The notes under the pieces: model-generated
Seen by the model: only the letters and a program-made list of their open reading frames with translations
Database searches by the model: none
Told to the model about the DNA's origin: nothing
Made by a program: the position numbers and the translations under genes
NCBI GenBank assembly: GCA_019752815.1
Contig: JAIELQ010000007.1
Coordinates: 115,728-179,727, forward strand
Reading direction: 5' to 3'
Length of the DNA stretch: 64,000 nucleotides
Source: Patescibacteria group bacterium
GTDB lineage: Bacteria > Patescibacteriota > Minisyncoccia > Phycocordibacterales > UBA918
In this document: positions 47,746 through 56,597 of the stretch, in pieces
Numbering within the stretch: position 1 is the stretch's first letter
Layout: the number at the start of each line of letters is the position of its first letter

Positions 47746-49318
47746 CTATACGCAACTTTTCAGGAGTTGCATCAGAAGCTAGGTTGTAAATACACGATAA
47801 AACGGGGTTCGAAAAGCCCTCGTTTTTCGTATATACAAGACCCTCTGGAAAGACTAAGTTTTGGAACCCGCGACGGAACTCTGGTGTTAAATCAAGCCAG
47901 AGACGAGAAATACTTTGTACAGCAACGTTAAAGTACTCCTTTTCAAATTCTGCCTCAAGGAGATCTATCGCGTCTTCGTGCAATGTGATTTTTGTCGTGA
48001 GTAGTTCCAATTCTAGTGCTGCGAGGCGCTCCTTTACCATTTCTGGTGTGTAGAGTCCTGATTCAGCTAACTCGTAGATTTTAAACCGTTTTGCCTTTAC
48101 TTCGTTTACCTTTGATTCTTGATCTACGTATTCTTGTCGTAGCTTACCGAGTAGTTCAGTTTGTCGTAGTGCAATCACAGCATTCATGTACTCAAGTAGA
48201 TCTGGTGATGGTGTGATGCGATTAAGTAGCTGCATGAAATCAGCTTCAAGGGTTGCTTTACGGATTACTTTATTCTTTAGCGGACACCCTTTCTGATAGC
48301 AGTGATAGCTGGGATAGTAATTGCCACTGCGACCACGAGACGAACTAGCGGTCATTTGCTGATCACAGACACTACAGCGAACTAGCCGACGGAGTGGAAA
48401 GTCCTCGTTGTCTCGATTTTTGATGATTTTCTTATTGCTTCGTTTACCATCGCGCACTGCAATAATTTCATCCAGTTCTTCCTGAGAGATCATTGGAGTG
48501 TGTTTTCCTGGATAGTATTTGTCGTCATCTGCACAATACAGCTTGCCTGCATAATAATCGAGATAGTGATACAGAATTCGATCAATTAATTGTGGTGAAG
48601 CAAGTATGCCAGCTATTTCAGCAAAGTTGTTTGCCTCGAAGTAGTTACGCATGTCCGTTGCGGTAAATTGTTGCAGGCGATAGCTACGCAGTGCCTCTTG
48701 AACCATAGGAAATAGCACAGGGTGAATTGGGTCAGGAGTAGTCTTTTTGGCACCATTCTTTTTGTTTTGTTTGTTGATATAACCGACAGGAGGCTTATAC
48801 GGATAAATGCCCTCACGAATTCGATCTTGAAGGCCGTTGCGACAACGTAACGCTCGGATGTTGTTATCAAATTCAGCAAAGCCCGCAAGCATTGTTTCCA
48901 TAAGCTTACCCATTGGTCCGTCATTAATAGCCTCAGTGACAGAGTGAAGGGTGGTCCCGTATTTAATGAGAGCGGCTTTAACTGCGAAGTGATCTTCAGT
49001 GTTACGAGCAAAACGGTCAATCTTCCATACTACGAACGCAGCAATCTGTCCCTTATGAACGCGACAGTAATCAATCGCACTTAGTAACTGTTTACGGTCT
49101 GTGGTTTTAGCACTTTCGCCTTTTTCTATGAATGGATCACACGCAAGTATGAGTCCTTGTTTATCAAGATAATCCTTACAAGCGCGCACCTGTGCATCCA
49201 GTGAGGTGCCATCAATTTGTTCTACGTCACTAACACGCACATAGACGATAGCCAGGTTTGTATTAGCTTTGAGTAATTTCTTTGTTTTTTTATTTCGAGT
49301 GTATAACTTAGTTTTCAT
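47684..49318 (-). CDS. Large serine recombinase (integrase)
   Basis: YVRVS catalytic motif, KIDRFARN, recombinase domain (PPVGY, GKHTPMIS), Zn ribbon CxxC...YHC...C, coiled coil. ATG 49318 preferred. The last ~20 codons are antisense to tRNA-Ala. Confidence 0.93.
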   Translation of the reverse strand: MKTKLYTRNKKTKKLLKANTNLAIVYVRVSDVEQIDGTSLDAQVRACKDYLDKQGLILACDPFIEKGESAKTTDRKQLLSAIDYCRVHKGQIAAFVVWKIDRFARNTEDHFAVKAALIKYGTTLHSVTEAINDGPMGKLMETMLAGFAEFDNNIRALRCRNGLQDRIREGIYPYKPPVGYINKQNKKNGAKKTTPDPIHPVLFPMVQEALRSYRLQQFTATDMRNYFEANNFAEIAGILASPQLIDRILYHYLDYYAGKLYCADDDKYYPGKHTPMISQEELDEIIAVRDGKRSNKKIIKNRDNEDFPLRRLVRCSVCDQQMTASSSRGRSGNYYPSYHCYQKGCPLKNKVIRKATLEADFMQLLNRITPSPDLLEYMNAVIALRQTELLGKLRQEYVDQESKVNEVKAKRFKIYELAESGLYTPEMVKERLAALELELLTTKITLHEDAIDLLEAEFEKEYFNVAVQSISRLWLDLTPEFRRGFQNLVFPEGLVYTKNEGFSNPVLSCIYNLASDATPEKLRIVDPRRFELPASSVQMRRSTK

Positions 49319-49466
49319 GATTATTGTGTTTAATAAGCCAAAAGGCGGTCCCAACCCGTATCACACCACCTTGGGCAGTATGAATAAGTCAGTGACCGCC
49401 CATTGGACGCGAGGCAATATACCTCTAACTAGTTGATGTGATAAATGATTGATTGAATAATAGCAC

Positions 49467-49928
49467 CTATTTCTTTTTCAGTCGGCTGTGGATTATTTTG
49501 TGCTTATTTTCTAACGATTTAGTAGCCTTGGTTGCTGTTGCACCCTTACTTTTTCGCAGCTTCAATCCAACTTCTTCAATGAAGGATTCTTTTGAGGTGA
49601 CTATATTCGAGCTTAAATGAAGAGTAATTTTATGTTCTCCCAAAGCAGTGAAGAATTGTGTTGATTTAGTTTCATCACGAAATAGTCTGTTATATGAAGT
49701 AACCACTAGTGCACCCAATGTCTCTGTACGGATGAGAGCGAGTAAGTCAACAAGACCAGGCCTCCGTTTATCAATTGAAGAGCCCACATCAATAAAGCAG
49801 TCCACAATAGTTAGGTCGTTTGTCTTACAGTATGCGATACACTCCTTTATCTGATTACTAATATGTTCTATTGGTTTCTCTGAACTGGAGCGAATATATA
49901 GAGCAGTTTTTACTAATTTCTTTTTCAT
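49467..49928 (-). CDS. Small serine recombinase (resolvase catalytic domain only)
   Basis: 'ALYIRSS...Q...C..YC...FID.G.S...RPGL..LL...LVV...NRLFRD'. Confidence 0.85.
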   Translation of the reverse strand: MKKKLVKTALYIRSSSEKPIEHISNQIKECIAYCKTNDLTIVDCFIDVGSSIDKRRPGLVDLLALIRTETLGALVVTSYNRLFRDETKSTQFFTALGEHKITLHLSSNIVTSKESFIEEVGLKLRKSKGATATKATKSLENKHKIIHSRLKKK

Positions 49929-49938
49929 AACAATTTAA

Positions 49939-51735
49939 TTAAAACGGTATACCGTCATCTTCAATGTTTGTAACTACCTCCTCATCGTCATTTTCTTCTT
50001 CACTTACATCAGGTTCGGGACGGTCATCAATGAGTCGAAACATATGTTTACCGTTATCCTTTACCTCAACTGTAATCACTCCATCTTTTTTGAGTTTCGC
50101 TAAGGCAGTGTTCATAGCATGATCACCAATACTAAGTGCGCTTTTAATGTCAGTTCTTGACACCGCCTCGTCGATTCCTGAAAGCATGTGTACAATCTTT
50201 TCGATATTTTCCTGCGTATTTTCCTCCTTTGAAGTATCAACACCCAGATAGGAAAAGTTGATGCTGTTATTTTCACCCATTTGGAAACCAGCTTTGAATG
50301 GCGGTAGTTCTGGCTGAACACGAAGCTTCAACATGCGCACCATAAGATTTTCTGTCCTGCGTTCAATCGCTAAGTGGAAATCAAGTGCGTTAAAGATATC
50401 GGTTGATCCTCGCAGGCTGCCGCTCCCAGCTTTTCGTGTGTGCCCCTGGTCTTTCTTGTGGTGGTGAATAAAGATCACTGAACGCTCTGGAGCAACTAAG
50501 CTTCCTAGAGCTTTCATAACCTGTCGCATCTCTGTAGCGCTATTTTCGTCACGTCCATGCAAACGAACCATTGAGTCCAAGATTATTAGTCGTGGCTTCA
50601 ATGTATCGACATACTTCAACAACTTTGTTCGATGCGCTTCTCGGTCAATCTGCAGTCCTGTATGAGAAAGGAAAACAATATCGTCATGAGCTTCGATATC
50701 CATATTTCGGAATCGTTGTTCAATTATGCGTCGATTATTCTCCTCATCGATCACTAACACTTTACCTGCCGTAGTTCCAAAGTGTCCGAGATACGGAGCC
50801 CCTGTGGCAACAGCTTGTGATAAAGCCAGTGTCATAAACGATTTGTACGAGTTTGATTCTCCCGTAATAGCACCAAGACAACCAAGTGGAATAAGGTCTT
50901 TAGCTACCCATTGAATCGGAGGGAAGTCTTCAGCGTACAGTTCGCGTAGCGTAAATGGCTTTAATACAAATTCTTCAATATCACGCTGTTCAAGTTCGGT
51001 AAGTCGCAACTTTGTAATGCTATTGAATACCTTGCGTAGTTCCACATCTGGTAATGGTTCTGATAGAGCGGTCACGTTCCAAGTAACTACCTCAGGCCAA
51101 GCAACTTTATCCCAACGTTCTGGTCCCATTCGACTAACAATTTCACCTATCTGTTTTGCTGCCGCTTCGTTTCGCATCCCAACAGGAATCAACTCTGATG
51201 TTGCTTCCACAGGCTTATTTTTGAACGTAGAGAGCACTTCAAGCAGTCCTCCTGGGTATATTGGCAAATTAGTAATATCTGGCGCATTTTCACTTGTAAT
51301 CCCATGCCAGCTATATGCTCCTTTACTACTCACGCTTGGAGGCGCAACCACATAGCCGCCATCACCCCGAATATCTGTAAGTTCTGCAATCCGTGTGGCA
51401 TTCTTGGTTACTTTCCCTGGATACTGGTAGTAGAAGTGATATCCGCCACCACCAGTTTTTACAGTAAGCGTTGATGGGTACATTGAGCTATCTCCACCCG
51501 CTTCAACATCTACTACCACTAAGTTTGATATCAGTCCTGTCACAATACCTATCTGAGCCCTCGGAAACTGAGTAAGCCAGGCGTCTACTTCATCATCTGT
51601 CGCAATCCGTTTACTAAATTCACCCCATTTGATGAGTGGCTCTTTATTTTTGTTGAGGGGTATCACTGACCAACCCATTTTCCGATACTTCTTGAATGCT
51701 TCCGCCACTGTTACTGCTGTTACGTAATCGTTCAT
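49939..51735 (-). CDS. Bifunctional primase/polymerase (PrimPol) fused to an AAA_25/RepA-like helicase
   Basis: 'GWSVIPL...KEP...IGIVTG..S.LVVVDVE', 'TGGGGYHFYY', 'DIRGDGGYVVAPPS', 'GMRN', Walker A variant GESNSYKS, 'IILDS', 'IHH..K', 'RGS'. Confidence 0.9.
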   Translation of the reverse strand: MNDYVTAVTVAEAFKKYRKMGWSVIPLNKNKEPLIKWGEFSKRIATDDEVDAWLTQFPRAQIGIVTGLISNLVVVDVEAGGDSSMYPSTLTVKTGGGGYHFYYQYPGKVTKNATRIAELTDIRGDGGYVVAPPSVSSKGAYSWHGITSENAPDITNLPIYPGGLLEVLSTFKNKPVEATSELIPVGMRNEAAAKQIGEIVSRMGPERWDKVAWPEVVTWNVTALSEPLPDVELRKVFNSITKLRLTELEQRDIEEFVLKPFTLRELYAEDFPPIQWVAKDLIPLGCLGAITGESNSYKSFMTLALSQAVATGAPYLGHFGTTAGKVLVIDEENNRRIIEQRFRNMDIEAHDDIVFLSHTGLQIDREAHRTKLLKYVDTLKPRLIILDSMVRLHGRDENSATEMRQVMKALGSLVAPERSVIFIHHHKKDQGHTRKAGSGSLRGSTDIFNALDFHLAIERRTENLMVRMLKLRVQPELPPFKAGFQMGENNSINFSYLGVDTSKEENTQENIEKIVHMLSGIDEAVSRTDIKSALSIGDHAMNTALAKLKKDGVITVEVKDNGKHMFRLIDDRPEPDVSEEENDDEEVVTNIEDDGIPF

Positions 51736-51874
51736 ATTCTTCGCCGTGACGCTTCATGAATCCACGAACAACAATGTCTGCCTGTATATCTACTAGGTCA
51801 CGAACTTTTATCAATTCATGTTCAGCTAGACCGAGATGACCCAGCATTTGTCTTGTGACTTCAATTGGTGTCAT
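51644..51874 (-). CDS. Small hypothetical protein upstream of the replicase
   Basis: ATG after an A-rich leader; the 3' part overlaps the PrimPol start. Confidence 0.45.
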   Translation of the reverse strand: MTPIEVTRQMLGHLGLAEHELIKVRDLVDIQADIVVRGFMKRHGEEYERLRNSSNSGGSIQEVSENGLVSDTPQQK

Positions 51875-51933
51875 TTGTTTAGATTAACTATTAATAAGAG
51901 CATGGAGGCCTCCGTGTCTCTTACTTTAATTAT

Positions 51934-52770
51934 CTAGTTAGGTTGGTGAGTCACCTGCGTGTCACCATTTTGGGTGCCGTAATTGCGATAGTATTCTCGG
52001 TTCTTGACTGAAATTAGCTTGTCATCGGTTGGAACCATTCTTTCAACTCGTTCATTAATACCCCTTACACTGTCTCGTATGGCTCTAATTGAAGTCTGAC
52101 GTTGTTCTTCTGCCCAGTCTAAAATTAAAATGTCAGCTAAGACATCATCAGGTACTGATTCACCACTTGGATATTTAAACAGCTCAGTTAAAATTTGGGC
52201 ATCATATAATCCAGTAAACTTAAGCTTCTCCTCATTGATTTGAAGTATTTTACTTTCAACGTTGTAACAAATTGAACAGTCAGCCAGTCCTACTTTCACA
52301 TGCTGGTTATTTCGAGTTCTGTCACAGAGCTTCTGCACATTTGCTAACATTTGAGTCACCTCTGCAGGCATGTCAGGTGGGATCCCTGATTCTGGGTAAC
52401 AGGAGTTGTAGTAGTGCTTTAGCGGTCCTGCAAGCTTACCCATGAATTGAGAAGGACTGATGTTCGGATGAAGTGTAGTAGCTTCTGCAACTGCTGCTGA
52501 AATTGAGCTATACGGTTCTGTCGCTACCTCCTCAAGCGGATATTCTAAAAATAACTCATCTGTTTTATTGATGTTAGCCAGATTTCGATATTTTGCTAAC
52601 AAGTTTTTAAGCGATGGTTGTGCCTCGGTGCTTCTGGTGTAGATAACCTCAGCTTCAAAGCACGCACTGAGACCGTAGTCTTCTGCGAGTTCTACTAAAT
52701 TTGAATATGCAGTAAATAAGTTGACCGTAGAGCGGAGAGCAGCAAATTCAGATAATGAGTCGTTAGGCAT
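51934..52770 (-). CDS. Hypothetical protein with possible C-terminal winged-helix (OmpR-like) DNA-binding domain
   Basis: 'L.FTG..AQIL..LF..P.GE.V...L......AIRDSVRGINE...LI......Y' resembles a wHTH. Divergent from the ArdC-like operon. ATG 52770. Confidence 0.55.
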   Translation of the reverse strand: MPNDSLSEFAALRSTVNLFTAYSNLVELAEDYGLSACFEAEVIYTRSTEAQPSLKNLLAKYRNLANINKTDELFLEYPLEEVATEPYSSISAAVAEATTLHPNISPSQFMGKLAGPLKHYYNSCYPESGIPPDMPAEVTQMLANVQKLCDRTRNNQHVKVGLADCSICYNVESKILQINEEKLKFTGLYDAQILTELFKYPSGESVPDDVLADILILDWAEEQRQTSIRAIRDSVRGINERVERMVPTDDKLISVKNREYYRNYGTQNGDTQVTHQPN

Positions 52771-53090
52771 AACCAAATCGTACCAGAATTGCGCCTTTTT
52801 ACTACCCAAATTACAAGACTAGTCTACATCCTGAAAAATAGGAAAATTTTTTATGGCACCCCTCACTTTTTGGGTCCAGATTATTTCCAAACCACCCATA
52901 CCACCAAAAATTGCCTGACATACCGATACATACCCAGTGTCTTATATCTCATAACGTTTCCGAAGTACTCCCCCATACCACATTCACGACACAAGGTTCT
53001 TATGACTTGGGCTATGAAGGAGTAAATTATTTATAGCCATACTTCTTCGCACTACCTACACGGCTTAGTGCGGCGTTAACTACTATCACT

Positions 53091-53432
53091 ATGAAGAAAG
53101 TAAAAGAAGTAATAGAAGAAAGACCTATCAGTACTTACAAGGGTTCAGAGAAGACATTGGAGCTTGTTAAGGAGGCAATTAAAGAGCATCCGCAACTTGG
53201 TCCTAAATACCTTGTAGATTTTGACCCTTATTATTCGGCAATGACTTACAACTCTTGGAAGCGACAGGGTTATGTTCCTGCTAAAGGTTCAATCGGTATT
53301 AAGAGTGTGACGTTCATTGAGTCGCTAGATGAGCAAACAGGTAAGAAGAGTATGATTCCTCGGACAGTGATTCTATTCCATCGTTCGCAGGTTCAAGCAC
53401 TCAGCCCATTTAAACAAAAACAAACAGCATGA
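53091..53432 (+). CDS. ArdC N-terminal-like ssDNA-binding protein
   Basis: 'MTYNSWKRQGY.PAKGS.GI...VILFHRSQV' matches the ArdC/DUF1738 pattern TF.QW...G..V.KG...VF..SQ. Confidence 0.7.
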   Translation: MKKVKEVIEERPISTYKGSEKTLELVKEAIKEHPQLGPKYLVDFDPYYSAMTYNSWKRQGYVPAKGSIGIKSVTFIESLDEQTGKKSMIPRTVILFHRSQVQALSPFKQKQTA

Positions 53433-53602
53433 GTCGCAAACTAACTGTTGTGTGTGAACGGAGAGCCAAAGATGAGCCTTGCATCAGAATTACCGATAAG
53501 CGTCTTGCTGCAGCTGGCTTCTCACTGGGCGATCTCATTTCAGTAACCATCAAACCAAAGACAGTAATTATCAAACGACTTAACAAATTAAATTATGAAT
53601 AA
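53429..53602 (+). CDS. SymE/AbrB-like small protein, 57 aa (not in the ORF track)
   Basis: MSRKLTVVCERRAKDEPCIRITDKRLAAAGFSLGDLISVTIKPKTVIIKRLNKLNYE*. The 'P.I.I...L..AGF..G..I.V' pattern is SymE-like. Overlaps both neighbours (ATGA; ATGAATAA). Confidence 0.7.
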   Translation: MSRKLTVVCERRAKDEPCIRITDKRLAAAGFSLGDLISVTIKPKTVIIKRLNKLNYE

Positions 53603-54164
53603 CATCGCAACTCCATACAAACGACGACTACAAGGTCATTATCCACCTGTACGCGTGATTGTCTCCGAACCAAAACCAATCGCCGCACACCCAATAAAGA
53701 GTGAGATAGCAAAGAACCTCGGCACATTTTCCTTTATTGCGACCTTCGAAGAGGATCACGAGGCAATTGCTGCATTCAAGAACGAAGGGCTGATTGCCTA
53801 CAGATGCATTCTTAAGACAGCTGATGGTCAGCGTACACTAGGGATCGGACATGGAATCAACGTGCTCTCAGCAGAAAATCGATACTTAAGTAAAAGTGTG
53901 AAGTGGGCGCATTCAGGCGCATTTATAGCTGCAGTTACCAATGCAGTGAAATTTCCCACACTTGACGGTGTCCCGGTCTCAGATTTCGGAATGGGTAACA
54001 ATGAAATTGCCTCAGCATTTATGGCAACTGAAAAGCAAAAATCCTATTTAAAAGAGTTAATCATGGGCTTGCCTGAAGAAGACGGTCGCGAGGAGTTGAT
54101 TAATAATCTCGACTCGATGACAAAAGAAGATGCTAGCGAATTAATACAACAATTGAAGAATTAA
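53595..54164 (+). CDS. Possible Rad52/Sak-like single-strand annealing protein
   Basis: 'C.L......LG.G.G...VKWAHSGAFIAAV' core and C-terminal 'ATEKQK.YL..L...MTKEDASELI..L' helical module. Confidence 0.5.
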   Translation: MNNIATPYKRRLQGHYPPVRVIVSEPKPIAAHPIKSEIAKNLGTFSFIATFEEDHEAIAAFKNEGLIAYRCILKTADGQRTLGIGHGINVLSAENRYLSKSVKWAHSGAFIAAVTNAVKFPTLDGVPVSDFGMGNNEIASAFMATEKQKSYLKELIMGLPEEDGREELINNLDSMTKEDASELIQQLKN

Positions 54165-54168
54165 CATT

Positions 54169-54204
54169 AAAGCCGTGTTTCCTCAGCGAGACACGGCTTT
54201 TTTT
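54169..54204 (+). terminator. Rho-independent terminator
   Basis: AAAGCCGTGTTTC-CTCAGC-GAGACACGGCTTT followed by a T-tract. Confidence 0.85.
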
Positions 54205-54249
54205 GTTCTAATGCATTAAAAATGCTGTTTAAATGATATTATATTAAGC

Positions 54250-55590
54250 ATGATTAGTGAACTCGACACCATAAAAAATACAGTAACCAAAACTTTTACA
54301 GACTTTGGTATTTCTGTGGATGTAATAAAGGCGTATGAGGGTATCAACCATATTCACCTACATCTGGTCCCAACGAAGCCGGTTCGCATGCATGAGATTA
54401 GGGGTTATCTTGATGACTTACGTTTTGCTCTTGGTCGTCATGTAGTAAAGATAGAGGCACCGGTTAAAAATAAAAATGAAGTGAAGATTAGCGTTCTGAA
54501 AGACAAGCGAGGAACAACAGTTAATTGGGCTACATTACAGGAATGTTTGTTACCAGATAGTTCGCCATTAACTGTACCGTTCGGCATTACTGAAGAAAAT
54601 AAAACGCTTCTAGTTGATATTTTTACACTCCCGCATCTACTCGTTGGTGGCAGAATGATTACCGGCAAAACAAACTTTGTACACGGTCTCATAAATTCAC
54701 TTATATTACGTAACTGTCCAGATATACTTCGGTTGATTTTAGTTGATCCAAAACAAGAAGGTATGCCTTTGTATAAGGGACTGCCACATCTCCTTACGCC
54801 CCCAATCGACAGCTCTGAAAAGACAATACTCGCACTTAAGTGGGCCTGTAAAGAAATGGAACGTCGTTACGACATACTTGAGGCGAGTGACTCAGAGGAC
54901 ATTGCAGACTATCACCAAAAAGTATCTGCAGTAGATAAGCGTTCAGAACCAATGCCATACATTGTGTTCGTCATCGATGAACTGGCCGAAGTCATGGCCG
55001 ATTATGGAGATGAGGCAGAAAAGCTTATGCGAAGACTTGCTGTGATGGCTCGTGGCGCTGGTATTCATATGATCCTCACTACAGCTAGCAACGAACCCCG
55101 GATATTGCGAGGTACACTGCGTGCAAACATTTTTAGTGCTTTAAGCTTCGGTGCTGATTCACAAGCTGCCTCTGAGGCGTTTATATATCAAGCCGGTGCA
55201 GAAGAACTCATAGGCAGAGGAGTCGGTCTGTTTATTTCATTTGATTATACAACTGCAATTGAACTGCAAACTGGTTTAATTGATGAAAAGGAAATTAAGG
55301 AAAACGTTTTGAAGGTAAAACGTCGACACGGAGTGGTGGACGACAATAATATTGATTTAAAGACCCTCGCCGACTACAATCTCACTATTTTTGCCTTTGA
55401 TGAAGAGGATGATTTGTACGAGGACGCCAAGAAAGCGGTGATAGAAGCGGGTAAAGCGTCCACTTCATACATTCAGCGTAAGCTACGTATCGGTTATTCG
55501 CGAGCAGCTAGATTAATCGATCTTCTCGAAGAACGAGGCGTGATCGGTCCAGCTGATGGTGCGTCACCACGAGAAATATTGGAAGATTAA
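54250..55590 (+). CDS. FtsK/SpoIIIE-like protein without membrane domain (alpha, degenerate beta motor, gamma domain)
   Basis: PHLLVGG..TGKT, LILVDPK, PHLLTP, IDELAE, ARGAGIH; gamma domain 'ASTSYIQRKLRIGYSRAARLIDLLE..GVIGP'. Confidence 0.88.
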   Translation: MISELDTIKNTVTKTFTDFGISVDVIKAYEGINHIHLHLVPTKPVRMHEIRGYLDDLRFALGRHVVKIEAPVKNKNEVKISVLKDKRGTTVNWATLQECLLPDSSPLTVPFGITEENKTLLVDIFTLPHLLVGGRMITGKTNFVHGLINSLILRNCPDILRLILVDPKQEGMPLYKGLPHLLTPPIDSSEKTILALKWACKEMERRYDILEASDSEDIADYHQKVSAVDKRSEPMPYIVFVIDELAEVMADYGDEAEKLMRRLAVMARGAGIHMILTTASNEPRILRGTLRANIFSALSFGADSQAASEAFIYQAGAEELIGRGVGLFISFDYTTAIELQTGLIDEKEIKENVLKVKRRHGVVDDNNIDLKTLADYNLTIFAFDEEDDLYEDAKKAVIEAGKASTSYIQRKLRIGYSRAARLIDLLEERGVIGPADGASPREILED

Positions 55591-55598
55591 TAAAATAG

Positions 55599-56186
55599 AT
55601 GAATACCAGAATTTCTAGTTACGACGAACAAATACACCGGCACCGATTTGCCTCATGGTGTGCTTCGCGTGCGGCTTCAGTAAGAAATAAATGCATGTTT
55701 TCAGCAAAAACAGGGCAAGAAATTATTGAAGCATCTAAACTTTCGCAAGTTTCATTTGGTTGGGAAAATTTACCTTTTTCAAATCAAAAGGAGTTTGATA
55801 CTTGGCACTCTAGAATGCGCGAGTCTATTTGTCTCACAGCTAGCAAAAATTTAAATGTTAATGGAAAATGCACACACGGTATAGCAGCAAAACTCATTAA
55901 TATTTACTTAAAGACAATTTTTGTTGTGGGTGTACACGGTAAATTGAATTCAAGTCAAACCACACTATTAAATCTTATTCATCCTCCAATTGACCGAACC
56001 TTACTTAATGAATTGGCTAAAAATAACATAGGAGGTTATAGATCCGAATGGAGAAAATTTATAAAAATCGGGTTTAGTAGTTTTACGTCAACGCAATACG
56101 AAAATGTTATTGAACTAGTTATAAAGTCCAATAATGGGAACCCATTATGGATGATTGAAGAGCATTTTAAAGGTTATCAAAAATGA
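55599..56186 (+). CDS. Hypothetical protein (AT-rich island cargo)
   Basis: 195-aa ORF with 'THGIAAKLINIYLK...IHPPIDR.LL' motif. Confidence 0.7.
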   Translation: MNTRISSYDEQIHRHRFASWCASRAASVRNKCMFSAKTGQEIIEASKLSQVSFGWENLPFSNQKEFDTWHSRMRESICLTASKNLNVNGKCTHGIAAKLINIYLKTIFVVGVHGKLNSSQTTLLNLIHPPIDRTLLNELAKNNIGGYRSEWRKFIKIGFSSFTSTQYENVIELVIKSNNGNPLWMIEEHFKGYQK

Positions 56187-56596
56187 ACATCTATCTGGAC
56201 ATTGACGGCACGATGATTCATGAAGATCATTGGGATACAGAGAATCAAGCCGCTGCAGGTCTAGCTGAGTTCATTATTGCCCTGAGGCCACACAACACAT
56301 ATTGGCTTACAACACACTGCCGAGATGGTAATCCAGAACGACCGCGAGAAATCATGAAGCGTTTTGTACCACCAGAGCTACACGCAGATATAGACCGCAT
56401 CAAGCCAACTGTTTGGGATACGATGAAAACACAAGGTATTGATTGGTCCCGAGACTTTATTTGGTTTGATAATGACATCTCACCGTTTGAATGGGAGAAA
56501 ATTGAACAAGGCACTGAAGGTCAGCAGGCTATTGAAGTGAACTTGAAACTGAACCCGAAGCAATTACTTGAGATAGCGAGGGACGTCCTTAGTTAG
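56183..56596 (+). CDS. Small HAD-superfamily protein
   Basis: 'IYLDIDGT' motif I, 'WLTT' motif II, 'K...I...FIWFDND' motifs III/IV. Confidence 0.75.
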   Translation: MNIYLDIDGTMIHEDHWDTENQAAAGLAEFIIALRPHNTYWLTTHCRDGNPERPREIMKRFVPPELHADIDRIKPTVWDTMKTQGIDWSRDFIWFDNDISPFEWEKIEQGTEGQQAIEVNLKLNPKQLLEIARDVLS

Positions 56597-56597
56597 T

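Noticed and set aside
19077-56186. Alternative genetic code (UGA = Gly, code 25)
   Set aside because: TGA acts as a stop in ATGA overlaps (19751-19754, 53429-53432, 56183-56186) and conserved genes are uninterrupted under code 11.
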